Origin: an uncultured bacterium
GTDB lineage: Bacteria; Auribacterota; Erginobacteria; Erginobacterales; Erginobacteraceae
Length of the DNA stretch: 64,000 bases
Direction of reading: 5' to 3'
NCBI GenBank assembly: GCA_963822585.1
Contig: CAWGIE010000019.1
Span: forward strand, 160,001 to 224,000
Shown here one piece after another: positions 58,934 through 64,000 of the stretch. Under the pieces are notes generated by a model that saw only the letters and a list, made by a program, of their open reading frames with translations, had not been told where the DNA came from and ran no database searches. Position numbers and translations under genes: made by a program. How positions within the stretch are numbered: position 1 is the stretch's first letter; the number at the start of each line of letters is the position of its first letter.

Positions 58934-61630
58934 GTGCTCCTGGGCGTGATTCAGACCCCGGCCGGGAAGCGGCTGCTGGCGGACGGCATTACCGCCCTCG
59001 CGAGTTCGAAAGACGGGTCGGGAGTGACGTTCAGGTCGCTCTCCGGTTTCATCCCCTTCCGCTTCGGCGTCGGCGAATTCAAAATAAGCGACGCGAAAGG
59101 CGACTGGCTGGTTGCTGAAAACATCTCGCTGCGCATGGACCCGGGAAACCTCCTCCTCTTCCGCCTCCGGGCGGAAGAGGTGACCGTCGGGAGGGTCACC
59201 TGGCGGAGGCTGCCGGCGGGCTCTGATGTGGACAAGGAAGAAAAAAAACCGGGAGAAGGTTTCGCCCCCCGGGATATCCCCTCCTTTACCGTTGAGCGCC
59301 TGTGGATAAAAAGTCTGATCGCGGAAGAATCCCTCCCGGGTAAGCGGATTGTCGCGGAGCTGAAAGGCCATGTCCGCAACGATTCGGCTGACGGCGCCAG
59401 CGTCACCCTGGCCCTGAAACCGCGCGGCCGGGACGGCGACAACCTGGCCGTGGCGGGAACGGCGGCGGCTGATCTTTCCTCCCTGGCCCTGGAGATCACC
59501 CTCAATGAAAAAGCGGGAGGAAACCTGGGGAGCCTGTTCATCCCCGGGGCTGACGAACCCATTTCTCTCCAGCTGCACGGCGGGGGGCCGTGGGAAGCGT
59601 GCCGGGTCAGAATGTCGGGCCGGGCCGGGGCAAGCGGTAAACTGGACCTGGATATCACCCTGAACCTGGCCCGGATACTGGCTGAGGGAACACTGAAGGC
59701 TTCCTTCACCGGTCTCCTGGGGATGCGGGCGGCAGGGCAAGGCAGCGGCAATATCTTCGTCCGGCTGGCCGACTCCGACGGCGGTCAGGACATATCGGCT
59801 CAGATCGAAGCCAGTGGCGTGCAATCCTCCTTTGGCGGGGCCGGACACATACTGGCCTCGCTGGATGCGCATGATCTGCTGAGAAGCCCCCGCGGAACAA
59901 TCAAGCTCCTCACGGAGAGAATAGACTACCGTGATACGGGTGCGGCAACCGGCGCTTCCGCCGGAGAGGCAAATTCGGTCGCCGCCCGATGCACTTTCGG
60001 GGAAACGGAGGCCGGAGCCCGGGCGGAAATGGAGGCGCGGATCTCCGGATGTACCCTCCCGGGAACGATCACCGCATCGAACGGGACGCACGATCTCACT
60101 CTCCGGGCCGTCCTGGAAAATAAAAAACTCCGGGTGCGCCTCTCCGGGAAGGAGGATACGGACTTTTTTATAAAAGCGGACCTGACGGCCGGGGCGGAAT
60201 TCTCCCTCGCCCCCTTTGCCTTCCGCCTTGACGAGGACGGACCGTTGGGGGGCGATCTTTCGGCCCGGCTCGATCTTTCTTTTCTCAACAACCGACTGGC
60301 TCTCTCCCGGCAGAGCCTCCGCGGCACCCTGAGTGCCGACCTCACCGCCGGGGGCACCATCCGGAAACCGGAGATCAACGGAGAGATCAGCCTGCGGGAA
60401 GGAGAATATCAGAACCTGAACACCGGGACCGTTTTGACCTCACTGGCCGCACGGTTGAAAATCGAGACTGATGTGCTGGTGCTGGAAGAACTGACGGCCC
60501 GAACACCCCCGCCGCCGGAAACTGCCCTGGGCGGCTGGGCCAGGTTCATCCCGGGGGTGAGTCTTCTCCCGCACCTCGACCAGCCCCGGGAAGCTCCGAA
60601 AGAGGGAGAAATATCCCTGATCGGCCGGACAAAACTCTCACCGGCGGAGGGATTCCCGTCCGCTTATTCCCTCCGGATCCGTGACGCCCTCCTGGCGGAC
60701 ATGGATATTCTGACGGCTACCGCATCCGGGGAGATCGACTTCGATGGGAACCTGGAGGGGAGCCGGCTCAAAGGGAAGTTGACGATCAAGAGGGCGGAAG
60801 GACGCATCCCGAGCAACTTGTCCTCCGGGGTGCCCGAGATCGAGGTCACCGAGATCAACAAGCCGGGGGAAACGGCCGCGCAACGGCCCCCGGCTTCCTC
60901 TCCCTTCCTGAAAACGGTCGCCCTCGATCTTCATCTCACGGCCCCGGAAGATATCTTCATCACGGGCCGGGGACTGGATTCCGAGTGGAAGGCCGATGTC
61001 ACCGCCACCGGAACGGCTGACGCTCCTTCCCTGCGCGGCGGCATCACTCTGCTCGACGGCATCTTTATCTTCATGGGGGAAGAGCTCAAGCTGGAAAACT
61101 GCAGCATCATGATGAGCGGGGGATTCCCCCCGATGCCGCAGCTGAAGATCAATGCCCGGGTCGTAAAGTCCGATATCACGATCACGCTCCAGATTGTCGG
61201 CCCGGTCAACGCTCCGGAGGTGATCCTCTCATCCCAGCCTTCCTATCCGGCCGACGAGATCCTCGCCCGGCTCCTTTACGGGCGCCCGGCATCACAGCTG
61301 ACCGGCCTCCAGGCTTTGCGGATAGCCGATGGCCTCCGGACGCTGCAGGGGAAAGGCGGTCTTTTTGACCGTCTGACCGGCTGGACTTCTTTCCTGGGTA
61401 ATATCCAGGTTGATTTCACGGAGCTGGAGGGGAGCACCGACCAGACCGCGGTCCGGGTCCGGTGGAGCCTGAGCAAAAATTTCTATGTCGAGAACCAGCA
61501 CTCGATCGATGCCCGGGATAATCTCTTCCTGGCCCGCTGGGACTTGACCAGAAGACTCCAGCTCCGCACCCAGTCGGGCTACGGTTTTCTCGGGGATGCC
61601 GCTTATCTGCGTTACCAGTGGGATTACTGA
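58934..61630 (+). CDS. tamB: TamB/AsmA-like translocation-assembly protein; true start probably 58854 with an indel in an A-run
   Basis: N-terminal anchor QTPAG, GRGLDSEW, LSSQP...DEILARLLYG, Y.WDY end; follows tamA. Confidence 0.85.
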   Translation: MLLGVIQTPAGKRLLADGITALASSKDGSGVTFRSLSGFIPFRFGVGEFKISDAKGDWLVAENISLRMDPGNLLLFRLRAEEVTVGRVTWRRLPAGSDVDKEEKKPGEGFAPRDIPSFTVERLWIKSLIAEESLPGKRIVAELKGHVRNDSADGASVTLALKPRGRDGDNLAVAGTAAADLSSLALEITLNEKAGGNLGSLFIPGADEPISLQLHGGGPWEACRVRMSGRAGASGKLDLDITLNLARILAEGTLKASFTGLLGMRAAGQGSGNIFVRLADSDGGQDISAQIEASGVQSSFGGAGHILASLDAHDLLRSPRGTIKLLTERIDYRDTGAATGASAGEANSVAARCTFGETEAGARAEMEARISGCTLPGTITASNGTHDLTLRAVLENKKLRVRLSGKEDTDFFIKADLTAGAEFSLAPFAFRLDEDGPLGGDLSARLDLSFLNNRLALSRQSLRGTLSADLTAGGTIRKPEINGEISLREGEYQNLNTGTVLTSLAARLKIETDVLVLEELTARTPPPPETALGGWARFIPGVSLLPHLDQPREAPKEGEISLIGRTKLSPAEGFPSAYSLRIRDALLADMDILTATASGEIDFDGNLEGSRLKGKLTIKRAEGRIPSNLSSGVPEIEVTEINKPGETAAQRPPASSPFLKTVALDLHLTAPEDIFITGRGLDSEWKADVTATGTADAPSLRGGITLLDGIFIFMGEELKLENCSIMMSGGFPPMPQLKINARVVKSDITITLQIVGPVNAPEVILSSQPSYPADEILARLLYGRPASQLTGLQALRIADGLRTLQGKGGLFDRLTGWTSFLGNIQVDFTELEGSTDQTAVRVRWSLSKNFYVENQHSIDARDNLFLARWDLTRRLQLRTQSGYGFLGDAAYLRYQWDY

Positions 61631-61736
61631 AACCGGGCAGTGCCCCGGCGATAGGCCGCTTCCGACCGTTTCCCGTGAATCGAAAACCCGGAAGCAAGCT
61701 CGATAATTACATCACAGTGAAACGAACTTAATTAAA

Positions 61737-62097
61737 TTCTGGAGCTATTTTGGAGTGCATTGACCGTGTCAATGCATGCAGCGACATGGCCGCTGCACTC
61801 TATAAGAACCATAATGTACCCACACAAAATGGCAGAGAACCAATCTTAATTTATTTTCTCAACTATTCTTCGTGACCTTCGTATCCTTCGTGGTGAATTT
61901 CTTCACCGCGCTATCGATGCCTTACTTCAGACCGCACCCCGCAAAATCGAAGATCCCGCGGTAGCGAAGCTACTTTGCGGTGATGATCTTCAATCATCGC
62001 GGGGTGTACATTCGAGGCCGGCCGGGGGACACCGTAACCTTGACGGTTTTTATTTGAGACCGCACCCCGCAAAATGCTCTTTGAGCATCGCGGGGTT
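61737..62097. repeat. Mixed REP-like cluster
   Basis: GGAGTGCA..TGCACTC hairpin, nonamer arm 61868-61897, two GACCGCACCCCGCAAAAT...ATCGCGGGGT units. Confidence 0.65.
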
Positions 62098-62138
62098 AAG
62101 AAAAGGGCCGGCTGAATTTTGCCTTCTTGCAACGCCTT

Positions 62139-62324
62139 TTATTTAAGACCAAACTTCCGCAGGATGGCCATGGCCGGGCACCAGTTCGTGAAGGCGGACT
62201 GGAGCAGGTTGAGACCGACGAAAGCGGTGAACAGGAGCCACCAGGGGCTGACCAGGCGGGCGAGGAGGAGGCTCAGCAGGATAAAAAAACCGGCCAGCCC
62301 CCGCAACATTCTCTCTATCGTCAT
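62139..62324 (-). CDS. DUF2892/YgaP-like membrane protein
   Basis: ER.LR..AG...FVGLNLLQSAFTNWCP; AAGGAGG RBS. Confidence 0.9.
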   Translation of the reverse strand: MTIERMLRGLAGFFILLSLLLARLVSPWWLLFTAFVGLNLLQSAFTNWCPAMAILRKFGLK

Positions 62325-62477
62325 CTTCGACCTCCTTATTTAAGCGTTGATCACGGCAACATCTGTTGATAGAGTATATGTTACATCGTAATAAATAAAT
62401 ACGAATAGTAACCGTGCTGTCAGGGCGTGAATTGTCGGATCCGAACTGATTCTTTAATCGTCATCAATCTATCTTTG

Positions 62478-62756
62478 CTGTTTCGGGAGTTCAATAATCG
62501 GATAAATCCGATTATTGAACTCCCGAAACAGACAGAAAAACAACCAGAATTAGTTCATGCCTTTTTGGGGTTTAAAATCTAAAAGGTTAAATGTCGCTTC
62601 TTGTACAAGAGAATTCGAACTAATTTCCGTACATCATCTGACTGCAACCGTTTTAAATAGTAGAACCCGCAAAAAATAACTAAATTTGAGAGCGAAGCGA
62701 GCTAATTTATTTAACAAACAATAATTAACAGCAATTTGCGCCGCAGGCGCAAATTG
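62478..62756 (+). repeat. Dispersed leader element, copy D
   Basis: 54-nt perfect-stem hairpin 62478-62531, ACTAAATT, CAATTTGCGCCGCAGGCGCAAATTG before the RBS. Confidence 0.7.
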
Positions 62757-62772
62757 AAAAGGAGGAAATTGC

Positions 62773-63534
62773 ATGAGAACAACGCCGCCGGTAAAGGTAT
62801 CCCAGGACAAGATTACCTTCGACGTCAGCGAGATCGAGGCCATCCTTCAGGCTCCCCCGATGGACGTCAAACCCTTCGAGCCCCGCTCGGTTCTTTTAAA
62901 GAACAAAGCGGGCGAGACCAAGACCATGCTGGTCCGGGAGGCGAAACTGGAAGAGGCCAAGCCGCTACTCAAACTCATCCGGGAAAAGTTCCTCCAGGAA
63001 GAAAACCTGGAAGACGTTCCGGACTTCTATGACATCGTCGGGGCCCGGGTCTATGCCGAGATCCTGGGCTGGTACCGTCACCGCCTGAAAGACCCCTACA
63101 CGCTGGTCGGCCTCTGCGACGGAGAACTGACCGCCTTTGCCAACGGACGGCTGATGAACGAGGAGATCAACATCAGCCTCCATACCATGGCCTTCGACCG
63201 GGGTTTCCGGGCCGGGGCGGCCATGTACTTCATCAAGTGCCAGTATTGCTTCGAGGACCTCGGGCAGGACGAGTTCTGGGCCACCTACGAGAGCTATAAC
63301 GGATGGAAGCGCTGGGGGTTCGGAATGGCGCAGCCGTCATATCCCTGGCCCGATCTCCAGCATGAACTGGGGGGGGCCCGTGTCTATTATATCACCAAGA
63401 AATACTGGGAGACCTCGATCAAGAATTACCTGACCCAGATGTACGATATCAAGGTCGATCGGCATGTCTCCGCGGAACTGCTGGCCAAGAATGAGGTCCT
63501 GCGCCTGCCGGAAGATCTGTCGCAAGGAGAATAA
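62773..63534 (+). CDS. Hypothetical protein, possible GNAT-like fold
   Basis: AAGGAGG RBS; LVREA..EE, LVG...DGEL.AF, SLHT pattern. Confidence 0.7.
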   Translation: MRTTPPVKVSQDKITFDVSEIEAILQAPPMDVKPFEPRSVLLKNKAGETKTMLVREAKLEEAKPLLKLIREKFLQEENLEDVPDFYDIVGARVYAEILGWYRHRLKDPYTLVGLCDGELTAFANGRLMNEEINISLHTMAFDRGFRAGAAMYFIKCQYCFEDLGQDEFWATYESYNGWKRWGFGMAQPSYPWPDLQHELGGARVYYITKKYWETSIKNYLTQMYDIKVDRHVSAELLAKNEVLRLPEDLSQGE

Positions 63535-63548
63535 ATACGATACCGACG

Positions 63549-63632
63549 TGGAGTGATGGAATAGTGGAGTGATGGGAGCCGGCGCCCGGCCGGCCTTCCA
63601 TTACTCCACCACTCCACTGTTCCATCACCCCA
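63549..63632. repeat. Octamer-periodic inverted repeat
   Basis: TGGAGTGATGGAATAGTGGAGTGATGG ... CCATTACTCCACCACTCCACTGTTCCATCAC. Confidence 0.8.
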
Positions 63633-63687
63633 TTTCTCACACCCTTCCTTATCCGTCCCACCCCGACGACGAGGACCGACGAATACC

Positions 63688-64000
63688 ATGCTCGAAACCA
63701 TCATCGCCCACCTGAACTCGGTGGACCCGTTCTGGATCTACGTCACCCTCGTCTTCTTCTCTTTCATCGAGAATATCTTCCCCCCTCCCCCAGTGACGTG
63801 GTGGTGATCGCGGGGGCGACGCTGATCGCCTCCACTACGATCAGCTTCATCCCGGTGGTCGCCCTCACCAGTCTGGCCAGCGCCCTTGGGTTCATGGTGG
63901 TGTATCTGATCGGAAAATATCTGGGGGAAAAGATCATCCGGACAGGAAAACTCCGCTTTATCCGGCCGGAGGCGATGGAGAAGAGCGACCGCTGGTTTGG
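63688..64000 (+). pseudogene. dedA: DedA-family membrane protein, runs off window, one C missing near 63785
   Basis: FIENIFP|SPSDVVVIAG...GFMVVYLIGK; frame restored by one C in the C-run. Confidence 0.75.

Overview
A 64-kb chromosomal window from a GC-rich, probably anaerobic bacterium. The repeated DYDGDG..DIAIFRP..GLWAVRG..TR.YFG surface domain suggests a PVC-related candidate lineage, but this is inference only. Contents in order: a signalling block (hybrid PAS kinase, two receiver proteins, pilT, a sigma54 activator); an intact IS1634-family element inserted into a REP-like array; a two-subunit xanthine-dehydrogenase-family Mo enzyme; an oxidative-stress block (rubrerythrin, desulfoferrodoxin, ferritin, NifU, a CxxC/CC-histone-H1-like protein); two large surface proteins; an xdhC-mnmA-thi4 operon divergent from an Rrf2-led sulfate-assimilation/tetrapyrrole/sulfur-carrier operon; an Hcp/Rrf2/FprA nitrosative-stress block; and tamA-tamB. 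Most notable observations: (1) ThiS and CysK lie in one frame separated by a single TAA, next to a JAMM protease, suggesting a ubiquitin-like polyprotein; (2) an internal deletion joins thrC and moaD fragments; (3) a four-copy gene-leader element has a 54-nt hairpin showing covariation; (4) several 7/8/9-mer-periodic palindromic elements occur, some in-frame inside genes; (5) several single-base homopolymer frameshifts may be sequencing errors. No CRISPR array, rRNA or tRNA was recognised. All product calls come from motif recognition by eye; no database search was run.
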